Numbered from the stretch's first letter, positions 19,356-29,960 are shown. The stretch: 64,000 bases of DNA from Thermoplasmatota archaeon (GCA_036138175.1 JAZAAK010000014.1:20572-84571), one strand, 5' to 3'. Numbers and translations are program-made. Notes: generated from the letters alone by a model not told the origin.

Positions 19356-21179
19356 GTGTCTCGCACTACTATCAGCCTACTATTGGCGCTGTTGTTCACA
19401 GCTCCAATGTTATCGGGCTGTTTTGGTGATGCGATGAAGATAGGAGATTCCTCGGATTCAGAACATTGGCTTCCGCCTGTCGAGGAAAGAGAAAATCTAG
19501 TTTACGATAATAGTGATGTATTCAGCCGAGTATCTTGGAATGGAACATATGGAATCGATATGGTTCGGTCTATCTATGTCTCTGTACCAGAAATCACAAC
19601 CGCAGATGGAGGAGCAGGTGTAACAGGTGGCGCGGAGGTCCATCTCGGACTTTGGTTGCCTCAGATAGAAGGCTGCGATTACGATGCAACCGAACTTCCT
19701 GACGAATGCAAAGTACCTGTAATCGCTGAAATCGGCCCATATTATGACGACGGGGATGTCGATGCATTAACTCCTGCAAATCGACTAGGCCGCTTCCTCA
19801 TCGAGAACTTCGTTCCACATGGATATGGAGTTGCCCAGGTTAGCGTATTTGGTACCGGCAACTCAAATCATTGCATGGATCTAATGGGCCTAGATGAGCA
19901 GGAGGGTATACACGCCGCCGTCGAATATCTAGGAAGCGCCCCATTTTCGAATGGTGCTGTCGGAATAATCGGTAAATCCTACGACGGCTCAACTCCATGG
20001 GAGGCTGCAGCGATGGGTTCTGAATATCTGAAAACCATCGTTCCTATGTCCGGACTTATTGGAGTACAGGACCTCATGTGGCGTAATGGTAGCATGGAAG
20101 CTAGAGGAGCCATTATGCACAACGGAGTATACGGCAGTTTTGGACTAGATGGAGACTCAGGAGATATTGAAAATGCATGCGAAGGTTATGTCGAAGGCTA
20201 CTATGCTGGACCATTAGCCTACGTTACGGGAGATAACCTGGCTTGGTTAGGTTCGGATTATTGGGAAGAACGGCACTTCCTTGAGCGAGCGATTCAAAAT
20301 TACAAGGGATCTGTATATATCATTCATGGATTGCAAGATTGGAACGTAGACCCTCACATGGCCTTCCCTGTACATCGTATGATGGAAGATGCCGGCTTCG
20401 AGGTAAAGGGGCTTTACGGTCAATGGGGGCACGATTACCCCGACCGAATGAGCGGCCATCAAGGGCTTTCAAGCGGCCGCGGCGGGGAAGCCTTCCCATT
20501 CACTTTGAGATGGGACTGGGCTGATGATTTACTGGAATGGTTCGATTACTATCTCTTGGAAAAAGGATCACAGCCAAGATTGATTGCAGAGGTTCAGGAC
20601 AATATGGGTGGCTGGAGGGTAGAAGAGACATATCCTCCAGCCAACCAAGACTGGATTCGATTCGGAATGGATGAATGCAATATAATCGGTGGAGGAGAGA
20701 CAATTTCGTCTAGTTCATTCTTGAGAATCGAATGTCCAGAATTCGAAGATGACACTCGAATAGTAGGAACTCCAACTTTCCATGTAGATGCCACCGTTTC
20801 CGCATTCTCAACTAGTGGGCATCTATTCGTAGAGATGGTTCAGGCTAGCAATGACATGCATCTCGGCCACGCGGTTATGGATCTTCGATTCCACGCTGGT
20901 GGCAAAGATGGAGAAGTGCTTGGGCCTGGAGAAACCGTCAATGCGAAAATGGAATTCTTTGGAATGGATGTGTTGATTCCTGCGGGCGATGGTATCCATC
21001 TAATTATCACCCAAACTGGCGAGGACTACATCCCAAGTCCTGTATCTATGCAAGCGGTAACCGTTGGTGTAGGTGCGACCAGCATTCTCTCTCTTTCAAC
21101 TGTTGATCGTGGTTGCGATGATTTGTTCATGCCACCTATGATGGATGACCCCTACCCTCAATGTGTTGTGGAGGATTAA
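19356..21179 (+). CDS. Xaa-Pro dipeptidyl-peptidase / CocE-NonD family hydrolase (peptidase S15), predicted lipoprotein
   Basis: GKSYDGS nucleophile motif (GxSYxG) of S15. The ORF track starts at 19233. A GTG at 19356 gives [22 protein letters not shown], a signal peptide with an LSGC lipobox, and leaves a 135-bp divergent promoter region shared with the M32 gene. Confidence 0.7.
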   Translation: MSRTTISLLLALLFTAPMLSGCFGDAMKIGDSSDSEHWLPPVEERENLVYDNSDVFSRVSWNGTYGIDMVRSIYVSVPEITTADGGAGVTGGAEVHLGLWLPQIEGCDYDATELPDECKVPVIAEIGPYYDDGDVDALTPANRLGRFLIENFVPHGYGVAQVSVFGTGNSNHCMDLMGLDEQEGIHAAVEYLGSAPFSNGAVGIIGKSYDGSTPWEAAAMGSEYLKTIVPMSGLIGVQDLMWRNGSMEARGAIMHNGVYGSFGLDGDSGDIENACEGYVEGYYAGPLAYVTGDNLAWLGSDYWEERHFLERAIQNYKGSVYIIHGLQDWNVDPHMAFPVHRMMEDAGFEVKGLYGQWGHDYPDRMSGHQGLSSGRGGEAFPFTLRWDWADDLLEWFDYYLLEKGSQPRLIAEVQDNMGGWRVEETYPPANQDWIRFGMDECNIIGGGETISSSSFLRIECPEFEDDTRIVGTPTFHVDATVSAFSTSGHLFVEMVQASNDMHLGHAVMDLRFHAGGKDGEVLGPGETVNAKMEFFGMDVLIPAGDGIHLIITQTGEDYIPSPVSMQAVTVGVGATSILSLSTVDRGCDDLFMPPMMDDPYPQCVVED

Positions 21180-21183
21180 TCCA

Positions 21184-22731
21184 ATGGATTCCCCTTCCAG
21201 TAAGGTCAACATCGCAGTTGCTGACCGCATTTTGTTACATCTTTGGGAACAGGACCACCAGGCCGACCACTATTTGGTTAGTCGGGAAGTCACTAGACCT
21301 GGAATAGCTGAAATTTGCGCACTCCATCCTCCTAATGTATCTCGAACTATGCGTGAATTGGCAACCGATGGAATGGTCAGTGAACATACTAGAGTAGTTC
21401 GGGGGGACGAGCGTAGACAGAAAACTTGGCAATTAACAGATGAAGGCCGAGAGCAAATACAACACAGATTACCAGAATTGCGGACCACCAATGTACTGCT
21501 GCGAGAACGTAATGGCAACCTCCTAGAGGTGCGAGCGGACGAGGCGGGGTCTCGCTTAGAGACAGGACTTACTCTGTTACAGGTATTGATGCACGCTCAG
21601 CACGAAGGTGTACTCAACTTTGGTGATATTCGATTTGGTGCAATCGTTCGAACCGACCCGGAAGAATCGCCAGCCCCTGGCTCACTGAGATTACTCTCTG
21701 GAGCTCATTCGACATATCACACACGACCGCCTGAAACTCGTATAGTTCATGGGAGAGATAGCGAGGTTGCTGTGCTAGACGAATGGTTCGCAGGTACAGC
21801 TGCTATGGCGGTTGTATCAGGCATTGCCGGATGTGGAAAAACCACACTGACAAGCCATTGGCTAGAGCAGGCTCTCGAGAAGAATCCTGAACTCGACGTG
21901 ATGTACTATCCGTGTCAGCCTTGGGATAGCAGCTTAGGCATCGCAACGAGCCTATTGCACAGGCTGCAAATAAGTTCGGAAGAAGATAATCAAGACCCCT
22001 ACGGGGTCTTGGACACCCTTCCAATGAAGCCAGGAGCGCATTTAGAACTCGATCAATACCGACGCCGTCTAATCGCTCACTTACTCGACGAAGAAGGTAA
22101 ACGAGGAGAGAAAGAAAACGATTTACTAATCATACTAGATGATGTTCACAACCTAGCCTCAGATGGTAACTATTTGTTTGGGGCACTGCTCCAGGTAGCC
22201 GAGTCAACGAATATGCGATTACTACTTGTCTCGAGGACTAATTTGGCATTCTACGACCGTCGAGATGTTCACACTCGGGGCAGGGTTGTAGAACTCAGAT
22301 TAACCGGTCTTTCTCTGGAAGAAGTAGCCGAATGGATTGCTTCAATCAACCTACCATCAGAAGCTCCGGCAGAAGAAATTCACAAGGCCACCGGAGGTCA
22401 CCCCCTCGCTGTAGAACTTCTGGAACTATACGGCCAGACGCTACACGATGATTGGCTTAGATTCCTAGATGAGGAGATTCTAGACGTCCTGCCTCAAGAT
22501 CATCGAGAACTTCTTGCACTGCTAGCAGTAGCAGACAGGCCAATTCCTTGGGAAAAATTGGCCTCAGCAGCAGGATACGATGGAAAGCCACCAGAAGCGC
22601 TGGTATCTCGTGGGTTAATGCTGGAACTTGAAAGTGGAATGTGGCTACATGAAGCCCTACGTTCTCGCTTGCTGAGAGAAGTTGGACAGCCACTCGAAGA
22701 GCGTGCAACAAAATTGAGAGAATCAGTATAA
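21184..22731 (+). CDS. Winged-helix plus STAND/AAA_16-type P-loop NTPase, a putative ATP-dependent transcriptional regulator
   Basis: N-terminal MarR/PadR-like wHTH (...VSRTMRELATDGMVSEHTRVV...). Walker A VSGIAGCGKTTL and Walker B LLIILDDVHNL. C-terminal helical/wH region. The ATG at 21184 lies 5 nt after the S15 stop, whereas the ORF track starts at 21145. Confidence 0.6.
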   Translation: MDSPSSKVNIAVADRILLHLWEQDHQADHYLVSREVTRPGIAEICALHPPNVSRTMRELATDGMVSEHTRVVRGDERRQKTWQLTDEGREQIQHRLPELRTTNVLLRERNGNLLEVRADEAGSRLETGLTLLQVLMHAQHEGVLNFGDIRFGAIVRTDPEESPAPGSLRLLSGAHSTYHTRPPETRIVHGRDSEVAVLDEWFAGTAAMAVVSGIAGCGKTTLTSHWLEQALEKNPELDVMYYPCQPWDSSLGIATSLLHRLQISSEEDNQDPYGVLDTLPMKPGAHLELDQYRRRLIAHLLDEEGKRGEKENDLLIILDDVHNLASDGNYLFGALLQVAESTNMRLLLVSRTNLAFYDRRDVHTRGRVVELRLTGLSLEEVAEWIASINLPSEAPAEEIHKATGGHPLAVELLELYGQTLHDDWLRFLDEEILDVLPQDHRELLALLAVADRPIPWEKLASAAGYDGKPPEALVSRGLMLELESGMWLHEALRSRLLREVGQPLEERATKLRESV

Positions 22732-23049
22732 TTATGCCATGTGTCGATCAAGCCATTGATCGAACATTGGTTTTGGCATAGCTCCAGCCTGCTGGTCTAC
22801 CAACTGTCCGTTGTGGAATAGAAGCAAGGCTGGGATTCCGCGAATACCAAATTTTCCAGAGGATAGGGGGTTGATGTCCGTGTTGACTTTGGCAATCGTC
22901 ATATCTCTCTCTCCTGATAATTGCTCGAGAACAGGGGCAATCATCTTGCAAGGCCCACACCAAGGCGCCCAGAAGTCAACTAACACCCATTCATCGCTCG
23001 CTGTTACTGCGTCAAAATCACCATCACTTGCCTCAATCAGCCTTCCCAT
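22732..23049 (-). CDS. trxA: Thioredoxin
   Basis: WAPWCGPCKMIAP active site. 105 aa. Confidence 0.85.
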   Translation of the reverse strand: MGRLIEASDGDFDAVTASDEWVLVDFWAPWCGPCKMIAPVLEQLSGERDMTIAKVNTDINPLSSGKFGIRGIPALLLFHNGQLVDQQAGAMPKPMFDQWLDRHMA

Positions 23050-23108
23050 TATGTCGCCCCATAGTTCGTGTGGATAGTGGTTTTATCAATGCTAGTATCT
23101 TAATTTGA

Positions 23109-23840
23109 GTGAGAACTGTTGAGAACCCCCTTCCACTCCGAAAGAATGAGGGGAGCATCATCGAAATCACTCCGAGCATTCTGACAGCGGATTTTTCTCG
23201 TCTTGGCGAGACTCTAGAAGAAGCTGTAGATGCTGGGATAAATTGGATTCACATGGACGTAATGGACGGCAATTGGGTAGTTAACAAGACTATCACTTTC
23301 GGACCTGCATTAATTCGTTCGGTTCGAGATAGACTCGGTCCGAATGTTTTTATCGATTGCCACCTGATGATAACAAATGCAGAAGAAACATGGTCGCAGT
23401 ACGTCGATGCGGGGGTAGATTTAGTCATCGCTCACATCGAGGCTATCGAGGACCCAGCCGAACTAATCTCTTCTATACAAGAGGCTGGTTGTCAGGCAGG
23501 TTTAGTCCTAAATCCAGATACTCCGACAAATTCAATTCTACCATATCTCTCAGATTTAGACCTAGTATTGGTGATGTCAGTAGTTCCAGGAAAGGGCGGC
23601 CAATCTTTCATGCCAGAGGTTGAAGGCAAGGTGCGTGAATTTCGTATTGCAATAGATGAACAAATCAGTAATGGGGGAAGAGCGACTAAATTGATGATTG
23701 ATGGTGGTATCAAGCACCACAACTCCGCCATGGTTTCAGAGTGGGGGATAGATGTGGCAGTCGTTGGAAGTGGCCTCATCAATGACAAAGCCAGCGTCGC
23801 TGATAACCTCGCAGAAATCAATTCGGCCCTAGGCCTTTGA
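23109..23840 (+). CDS. rpe: Ribulose-phosphate 3-epimerase
   Basis: ITPSILTADFSRLGE...IHMDVMDGNWV matches the Rpe N-terminus and metal site. VMSVVPGKGGQSF. Confidence 0.85.
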   Translation: MRTVENPLPLRKNEGSIIEITPSILTADFSRLGETLEEAVDAGINWIHMDVMDGNWVVNKTITFGPALIRSVRDRLGPNVFIDCHLMITNAEETWSQYVDAGVDLVIAHIEAIEDPAELISSIQEAGCQAGLVLNPDTPTNSILPYLSDLDLVLVMSVVPGKGGQSFMPEVEGKVREFRIAIDEQISNGGRATKLMIDGGIKHHNSAMVSEWGIDVAVVGSGLINDKASVADNLAEINSALGL

Positions 23841-23888
23841 TTGGTTCACGCGCGCGAGCATTCAAATCACAGCGACCCGAGCAGGTGA

Positions 23889-24218
23889 TTGATGGTCACG
23901 GAGCAGTGGGTGGTTGAGGAAGTTCTGAAGGTAGTGCCAGATGCTACTGTAGAAGCCAAGGACTTGCATGGCAGCGGCGATCACTTCCACGTTCGGGTCA
24001 TATCGAAGAGTTACGAGGGAGTGCGTCCATTACAGAGACAGCGACCTATTCTTAGCCACTTCAAGCCCTTCATCGCGCAAAACACCGTACACGCCTTGGA
24101 TTTGAAGTGCATGACACCCGAACAGGCAGAGAAGTCTGGAGATACATCTTTTGACCCCCACGGTGAAAAAGAAATGCAATTCTTTGGAGTGCACATCCGC
24201 CGACCAGATCAGGAGTGA
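23889..24218 (+). CDS. BolA-family protein
   Basis: SGDHFHVRVISKSYEG...RPLQRQRPILSHF matches the BolA fold signature. Confidence 0.7.
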   Translation: MMVTEQWVVEEVLKVVPDATVEAKDLHGSGDHFHVRVISKSYEGVRPLQRQRPILSHFKPFIAQNTVHALDLKCMTPEQAEKSGDTSFDPHGEKEMQFFGVHIRRPDQE

Positions 24219-24222
24219 TAGA

Positions 24223-24555
24223 ATGAGTTTCAATTGGACCCCAGACGAACTAAATGCCCTAGTAAATGAACACCGAATAGTTCTCTTCATGAAGGGAACA
24301 CCAGAACAACCACAATGTGGATTTAGCAATAGAGCTGCAACGGTTTTGAATCAACTCGGGGAACCTTTCGCAAGTGTAAATGTGCTCGCCGATCCAAGGG
24401 CCATACCGTCAGTCTGCACTTGGGCCGACTTCCCAACAATGCCCCAAGTATACATTCATGGAGAACTAATTGGCGGCTCTGATATCGCACTCGAAATGTT
24501 TCAATCTGGAGAGCTTCAACAAATGATTGCCGACGGCGATGCAAACTCTGAGTGA
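24223..24555 (+). CDS. Monothiol glutaredoxin (Grx4/GrxD-type, CGFS active site)
   Basis: VLFMKGTPEQPQCGFSNRAATVLNQLG...VYIHGELIGGSDI. The start is 5 nt after the BolA stop, and the BolA-Grx pairing is a known Fe-S module. Confidence 0.8.
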   Translation: MSFNWTPDELNALVNEHRIVLFMKGTPEQPQCGFSNRAATVLNQLGEPFASVNVLADPRAIPSVCTWADFPTMPQVYIHGELIGGSDIALEMFQSGELQQMIADGDANSE

Positions 24556-24564
24556 GGCGATTAG

Positions 24565-25497
24565 ATGGCGACGGCGGAAGACCGTCGCACCATGATTATC
24601 GCCTTAGCAGGGGCGACGGTGATATCCTTCGCTCCTCTACTGTATATTCGCTCAGATACAACAGCATTGACTGGAGCATTCTATCGAATGTTCTACGCCC
24701 TTCCTATCTTGGGATTATTGGTTTTGATTTCCAAAAAGGAAGACCCTCGAGACTCTAATTCACGCTGGCTTGCCTTTGGGGCGGGCATTTTACTCGCAAT
24801 CGATTTCGCAGGTTATCACAGTGCAATAGACTACATTGGTAGTGGGATTGCAACAATGATTGGTAACTCTCAGGTAATTATTGTCACATTGGTTAGTTGG
24901 TGGTTATTTGGTGAACGACCAAATCGGTTTATTCTTCTCTCATTGCCAATGGTGATGATTGGCTTATTGTTGATTTCTGGAATATGGGACGAAGATCCCT
25001 TTGGCGATGATCCGGTAAAGGGAGTAATCGGAGGGATGGTTGCAGCAGTATTCTATTCCTCCTTCTTGATTGCTTATCGCCAATCGAATAGAATAGGTGG
25101 TCCCGCAGTAAATGCCCAATTCGATGCAACCGCTGGAGCAACACTCGGGATTCTGATCTTAGGCACTATACCCCCAACCTCTCTAGGAATAGAAGCAATC
25201 GACCATTCAATCACATGGCCAAATCATGGCTGGCTACTTTTACTAGCAATATCTTGCCAAGTAATCGGTTGGATTGCCATTACCTACGCTCTTCCTCGAC
25301 TACCCGCTGCCCATACCTCCTTCGCGGTCTTATTACAGCCGGTGCTGACCATCGTTTGGGGCGTGATTATACTCAATGAATCGCCCTCATTACAACAATC
25401 CGCAGGAATGGTGCTAATTTTCTCTGCAATCATCGCAGTTACATTATTTGGGGCTGCTGAGGAATCAGTCCCTTCTACAGACAATTTAGAAACCTGA
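24565..25497 (+). CDS. EamA/DMT-superfamily transporter
   Basis: About 10 TM helices in two similar halves. 310 aa. Confidence 0.65.
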   Translation: MATAEDRRTMIIALAGATVISFAPLLYIRSDTTALTGAFYRMFYALPILGLLVLISKKEDPRDSNSRWLAFGAGILLAIDFAGYHSAIDYIGSGIATMIGNSQVIIVTLVSWWLFGERPNRFILLSLPMVMIGLLLISGIWDEDPFGDDPVKGVIGGMVAAVFYSSFLIAYRQSNRIGGPAVNAQFDATAGATLGILILGTIPPTSLGIEAIDHSITWPNHGWLLLLAISCQVIGWIAITYALPRLPAAHTSFAVLLQPVLTIVWGVIILNESPSLQQSAGMVLIFSAIIAVTLFGAAEESVPSTDNLET

Positions 25498-25738
25498 AAC
25501 CTCGGATAAAGCCTCCGCGTACCCCGAAAAGGTGTACAGGGCGAGAGACACAAGCGAGGGGATGGGATGCACTCAGCGAGAACCTCAACGGCCCCGTACG
25601 GCTGGAGTTCGGGGCAGACGATAGATAATCGTTGTGCGAATTAGGCCTCTAAACCCCAATAACGCTATACTGAGGCGTAGTTTAATGATTTCACCAATAT
25701 ACTCGATTTCTATTCTTGATTGTCAAGAATTAACAAAA

Positions 25739-26752
25739 TCATTCGACGGTAAGTACCTCTGGTCCACCTTCTGTAATCCAAACGGTGTGCTCATATTGGC
25801 CCACTAGGCCACGGTCTTCGCAACGTAGTGCAGCGTATGTTTCTAGGAATCTAATTGAGATTAATTTCTTGACTAGAGCGTTCCATTTCTTACGAAGAAT
25901 TTCCTCCTCTTCTCCTGGGAATGGTTTCTCTAGAAGAGGATAGGCCCATCGTTCTGCAAATGGAAGAGTATGGTAGCGTTCTTCGATATACCTCGACATT
26001 GTTGCACCAATCGGTTTGAGTTTATTTTTTGCCATTGCCTTGCGTATTGTTATGTTCCCTGTAACTCTGTAAATATTGCTGGAATTACTAGGATGTATAT
26101 TCTCAACCATTCCTGATTTACCTGTTGTATTAAACGGCTCTACTGCGTAAATCGAACCTAATTCTACCTCACCCTTGAATCCTGGATTATCTGCTCCACA
26201 AGCGTGAGCAGGAATAGATGTCCCAGCATGTAGATTCCAACGGGTCAATTCATGCCCGCATAGGTTGCGAATAGGCTCGAAGCCTGCGTCTTTGTGAACC
26301 TGTTCCGCAGCAGCACCAATTTCATGCCATGGGGTTCCAGGATGCATCTTCTCAATCGACGCATCCCTTGCTTCCTTTGCGGCCTTAATCTGCTCTGTAT
26401 GCTTACCTCCATTACCGACTTCAATCGTCATAGCATTGTCCGCAATGGCTCCGGCAACATGGACTCCAACATCGAGCTTTACAAGGTCACCTTTCTGAAA
26501 AATCATCTCTCCTTCCCAACCATCAGGAGCGGTCAGTCGATGGTCACTTGTGTAATGGGCGGCGATATCATTGACAGAAATAGTCACAGGGAATGCAGGA
26601 GTTCCTCCATGCCTTCGAATGAACCGCTCAGCCGAATCAATTACTTCGTCCCAAGCCTTGCCTGCAACTATTTCTCCTTTGATTCCTTCAAGGGTTCTTC
26701 GAGCTACATGACCGGCGTCTCGCCATTGTTTCAGATCTGACTCTTCCACCAT
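25739..26752 (-). CDS. map: Methionine aminopeptidase, type 2 (archaeal/eukaryotic type)
   Basis: Aligns along its length to archaeal MetAP2, with FPVTISVNDIAAHYT, DLVKLDVGVHVAG, NLCGHELTRWNLHAG and QYEHTVWITEGGPEVLT. A C-terminal helical insertion is characteristic of type 2. Confidence 0.85.
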   Translation of the reverse strand: MVEESDLKQWRDAGHVARRTLEGIKGEIVAGKAWDEVIDSAERFIRRHGGTPAFPVTISVNDIAAHYTSDHRLTAPDGWEGEMIFQKGDLVKLDVGVHVAGAIADNAMTIEVGNGGKHTEQIKAAKEARDASIEKMHPGTPWHEIGAAAEQVHKDAGFEPIRNLCGHELTRWNLHAGTSIPAHACGADNPGFKGEVELGSIYAVEPFNTTGKSGMVENIHPSNSSNIYRVTGNITIRKAMAKNKLKPIGATMSRYIEERYHTLPFAERWAYPLLEKPFPGEEEEILRKKWNALVKKLISIRFLETYAALRCEDRGLVGQYEHTVWITEGGPEVLTVE

Positions 26753-27414
26753 AACATAACCTCCTCAGTAGCAATTATTCCCTCTCTCAGCACCTCTATG
26801 CTCGCGTTATCGGATGAATCACAGACCGAATACCACGCTATCAAAGTACTGGGTGAGCCTCCGGGAGTATTTCCCTTCACTAAACCGACTTTATGGCCAG
26901 CTTTTTGTAGGGTTTCTACGGCATCAGGACAATTGGCTTCCGGCTCGGTACCACTGATGTTTGCAGAGGTCGCTGTAAGTGGGCCTGTGGCTCGCAGTAG
27001 TGCTTTTGCGACTGGGTGAGCGACTACTCGGATAGCAATTTTATCTGCCCCGAGCCGACTATCAAGAGTCTTCTTTGCTGGAAGTACCAAAGTTAGAGAA
27101 CCCTCCGGGAATGAAGCCAATAAGTCAGGAATATCATCGGTTAACTCGACCAAGTTTGAGGCCTGTTCTAAATCGGCCACACCAATACTTACAGGCATAT
27201 GCGCAGGTCTGTTTTTGATTGCATACAAACCATCCAAGGCAGTACTTGTTGGAAGGCAACCTAGAGCAGGTTGAGTTGAGGTAGGGTAGACAATACAACC
27301 CTCGGCGGCAACAATAGATAGAGCCTCGGAATTGACAATTTCAGAGTCTTCAGCCAAACTTTGACCCTCCTCACTTGATATGCTTACGATTTGCAGGAGG
27401 CAAAGAATCTGCAT
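26731..27414 (-). CDS. YrdC/Sua5-family L-threonylcarbamoyladenylate synthase (YrdC-only form)
   Basis: IVYPTSTQPALGC and LTATSANISGTEP motifs of YrdC. It overlaps the map start by ~20 nt. Confidence 0.7.
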   Translation of the reverse strand: MQILCLLQIVSISSEEGQSLAEDSEIVNSEALSIVAAEGCIVYPTSTQPALGCLPTSTALDGLYAIKNRPAHMPVSIGVADLEQASNLVELTDDIPDLLASFPEGSLTLVLPAKKTLDSRLGADKIAIRVVAHPVAKALLRATGPLTATSANISGTEPEANCPDAVETLQKAGHKVGLVKGNTPGGSPSTLIAWYSVCDSSDNASIEVLREGIIATEEVMLWWKSQI

Positions 27415-27979
27415 GTGCGACTATAGAACCGACGTGCAAATCAATATTCGATTGGTGAGTGTGTCTTTGAGAAATACGCGCTAATTCCCGAACCCCTTGA
27501 ATTATGTTTAGTATTGGAATAAGAAAAACCAACTTTCTCCAAGCGCGATGATCCCACATCTGGCTAGTCATCGCTGAACCGTCTTCGGCAAGCACAGCGA
27601 TACCAAACATTCTCTGACCCAATGAGCGAGAATACCTAAGTCCAGTCAGTCGCCAGTACAACCAATGTGCAGCGAAAATTAACAACGCCATTGCTAGTGA
27701 ATAATGAAAGTTAGAAGAACCCCAGAGAGTTAGATTCCATGCATCAATAATTTGTCCTCTGGTAGCCACCATCAATATGGTTGTGACAATAACAATATCG
27801 ACTGATAGTGCAGCGATTCTACGGACTCCAGAGGCTAGAATAGTGCCTTCGGGGACAGGCCAATGGCCACCTTCCTCAGCCGTTACAATTTGCTTTGCAA
27901 GCGTCCCTCCGCCTTGTAGCGATATTGGCGAATCGTGGTCACCCATGCTAATCCTCAACCCATGCCGAGAATGTGCCAC
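27371..27979 (-). CDS. RDD-family membrane protein
   Basis: RRIAALSVDIVIVTTILMV...YWRLTG pattern with 3 TM segments. Confidence 0.5.
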   Translation of the reverse strand: MAHSRHGLRISMGDHDSPISLQGGGTLAKQIVTAEEGGHWPVPEGTILASGVRRIAALSVDIVIVTTILMVATRGQIIDAWNLTLWGSSNFHYSLAMALLIFAAHWLYWRLTGLRYSRSLGQRMFGIAVLAEDGSAMTSQMWDHRAWRKLVFLIPILNIIQGVRELARISQRHTHQSNIDLHVGSIVAHADSLPPANRKHIK

Positions 27980-29916
27980 GCCTCAAGGTTACGTCCACGA
28001 ATGTAATCCAACCATGAAGCCCAGGTCTCATCATTCCGAAGTGTATCCGGGTCTCCAATTACTATTAATCCACGTTTTGCTCTTGTCAAAGCAACGTTTA
28101 GACGTCGTTCATCCGAAAGAAATCCTACTGTTCCATCCGAATTTGAACGTACGCAGGAGAAGATGATGACCTCCTTTTCCCTGCCTTGATAACCATCAAC
28201 GGTGTGAACCTCAACTGATTCATTTAGTTCAGGCAGGGCGTCACGAATTGCTCTAACTTGTCCAGCATAAGGCGTAATTATTCCAATATCCGCCTCTTCC
28301 AAATCACCTGCCTGTAATAGATTTTCAAGTATTTTTGCAACCCAACCAGCCTCTGCAGGATTTTCTTTCGAAGCCCCATCAGGTGATAGTAACTCATCTC
28401 CATTAACAGGCAGAAATGCCATTGGAACTCCCCAATCATTCCAAAGAAGCCCTGCAGGATTGGGTCGTTCGGCTGCTGTGATACCATCCACTAACCTTCC
28501 TTGGTAGAAGGTGCGGTTAGGGAAATCAGAGATTGCAGGATGCATTCTATATTGTGTATCAAGTAACATTGGTTCGATTCCCATAGCAACCAATCTTTCG
28601 AATAAAGAGCGCCGCAGGCCACCTTTTTCCGCCCTATGGCTGATTACAGTTGGAGGTAGTTGTCGATGGTCTCCAACCAAGACGATTTGCCTTGCACCTC
28701 GAACAAGAGGCACAAGGCTAGCGGGCTCTGTTGCCTGAGTCGCCTCATCGAGCAAAACACGACTAAATCTTCTACCATCCAGTAGTTGGTGCCCTACACC
28801 GATACAAGTGCAACAGAGGACTTGAGCGCGATCTAAAATATCATCACGCATTTGTCGCTCAATACGTCTAACCTCTTTCCAACCACGATTCAAATCTCGG
28901 TGAGCCAAGCCTTTCTCCTTTCCTTTCATCCCTGGAATCCGCCGTGCTAATTTTTCATTCAATTCCAAATGCTCCTCAAGGTCACGACGAAGTGGATGAC
29001 TTTCCATCTGGGCATCAACGGTAGCTTCTCGCAATGATTCTCTAACCTTGACCGGCTGACCGAGTCGAACCGCACTTACACCCAGACCTAGTAACCCCTC
29101 CAGGAGATTGTCTACGGCTACATTTGAGTCAGCGACGGCTAGAATTGTCCCGACATTTTGGCTTGACCAAGATTGTAAAATTCGCACTGCTGTATGGGTT
29201 TTTCCAGTACCAGGAGGTCCTTGAATTAGGGTAAGTCGCTGGGATATTGCGGCTTCACAGGCAACCTTTTGTGATTCGTTGAGTCCTTCAGGCCTGCTCG
29301 CAGGCCTTCGATTTGCTCCACCTAATTCTGGACCCAGACCTGCAGTCCCCACCGGGTCGTGAACTAATCCAAGAAGTAGATCTCTAAGCGGTGCACCTCC
29401 CTCCTCTTCGAAAATAGAATTTAGTGCATCTCGCATTCGATCGAAGGCTACCTTATTGGCGGCTCGGTCTATCCTCCAATACCCACTACGAACCCCGCTG
29501 GGTAATTCAGGCAAAACAATTCGAATTTTATTCCGCGAACGATCCGACACTATTGCTTCAATTGGCTTCTCACCAATGGGGTCGCCGCGACTCAGCATCA
29601 CGATATCCCCCTGACGAAATCTGTGTTGGCCCATATCGGCTCGACCGTCTAACTCCAGTTTGACAATCCGCTGCCCGAATAACCATCCATCCGGTCGGGC
29701 TCGTAAATCGAATAGAGCCAAACCGTGAGCAGCTAATTTTGCACGCGACCAATTGCGCAATCTTTCATCGGTCGCGTCCAATTCATCATCCAATTCCCAT
29801 TGAATTAACGGCAAATATGCCTCATGGTGATCTTGGCTACGAGTAAACCTCGCAGGGACTGCAGAGTCAGAACTCACGACACCTCTGCAGGGCAGGCGAC
29901 ACATCAGATTTCGCAA
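27955..29916 (-). CDS. Superfamily-1 helicase of the Upf1/DNA2-like clade (AAA_11/AAA_12)
   Basis: Walker A GPPGTGKTHTAV and motif II VLLDEATQATEP. C-terminal TVDGYQGREKEVIIFSCVRSN is typical of Upf1-like helicases. Confidence 0.8.
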   Translation of the reverse strand: MRNLMCRLPCRGVVSSDSAVPARFTRSQDHHEAYLPLIQWELDDELDATDERLRNWSRAKLAAHGLALFDLRARPDGWLFGQRIVKLELDGRADMGQHRFRQGDIVMLSRGDPIGEKPIEAIVSDRSRNKIRIVLPELPSGVRSGYWRIDRAANKVAFDRMRDALNSIFEEEGGAPLRDLLLGLVHDPVGTAGLGPELGGANRRPASRPEGLNESQKVACEAAISQRLTLIQGPPGTGKTHTAVRILQSWSSQNVGTILAVADSNVAVDNLLEGLLGLGVSAVRLGQPVKVRESLREATVDAQMESHPLRRDLEEHLELNEKLARRIPGMKGKEKGLAHRDLNRGWKEVRRIERQMRDDILDRAQVLCCTCIGVGHQLLDGRRFSRVLLDEATQATEPASLVPLVRGARQIVLVGDHRQLPPTVISHRAEKGGLRRSLFERLVAMGIEPMLLDTQYRMHPAISDFPNRTFYQGRLVDGITAAERPNPAGLLWNDWGVPMAFLPVNGDELLSPDGASKENPAEAGWVAKILENLLQAGDLEEADIGIITPYAGQVRAIRDALPELNESVEVHTVDGYQGREKEVIIFSCVRSNSDGTVGFLSDERRLNVALTRAKRGLIVIGDPDTLRNDETWASWLDYIRGRNLEAWHILGMG

Positions 29917-29960
29917 ACCTTGGAATCCTTATTGCTGAAGAATATAGTTTCCAACAGGAC

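Noticed and set aside
25498-25738. 240-bp convergent spacer between the EamA and map genes, checked for tRNA or small RNA
   Set aside because: No cloverleaf components were found (no GTTCRANYC T-loop, no acceptor/D-arm pairing). Only weak short inverted repeats are present.
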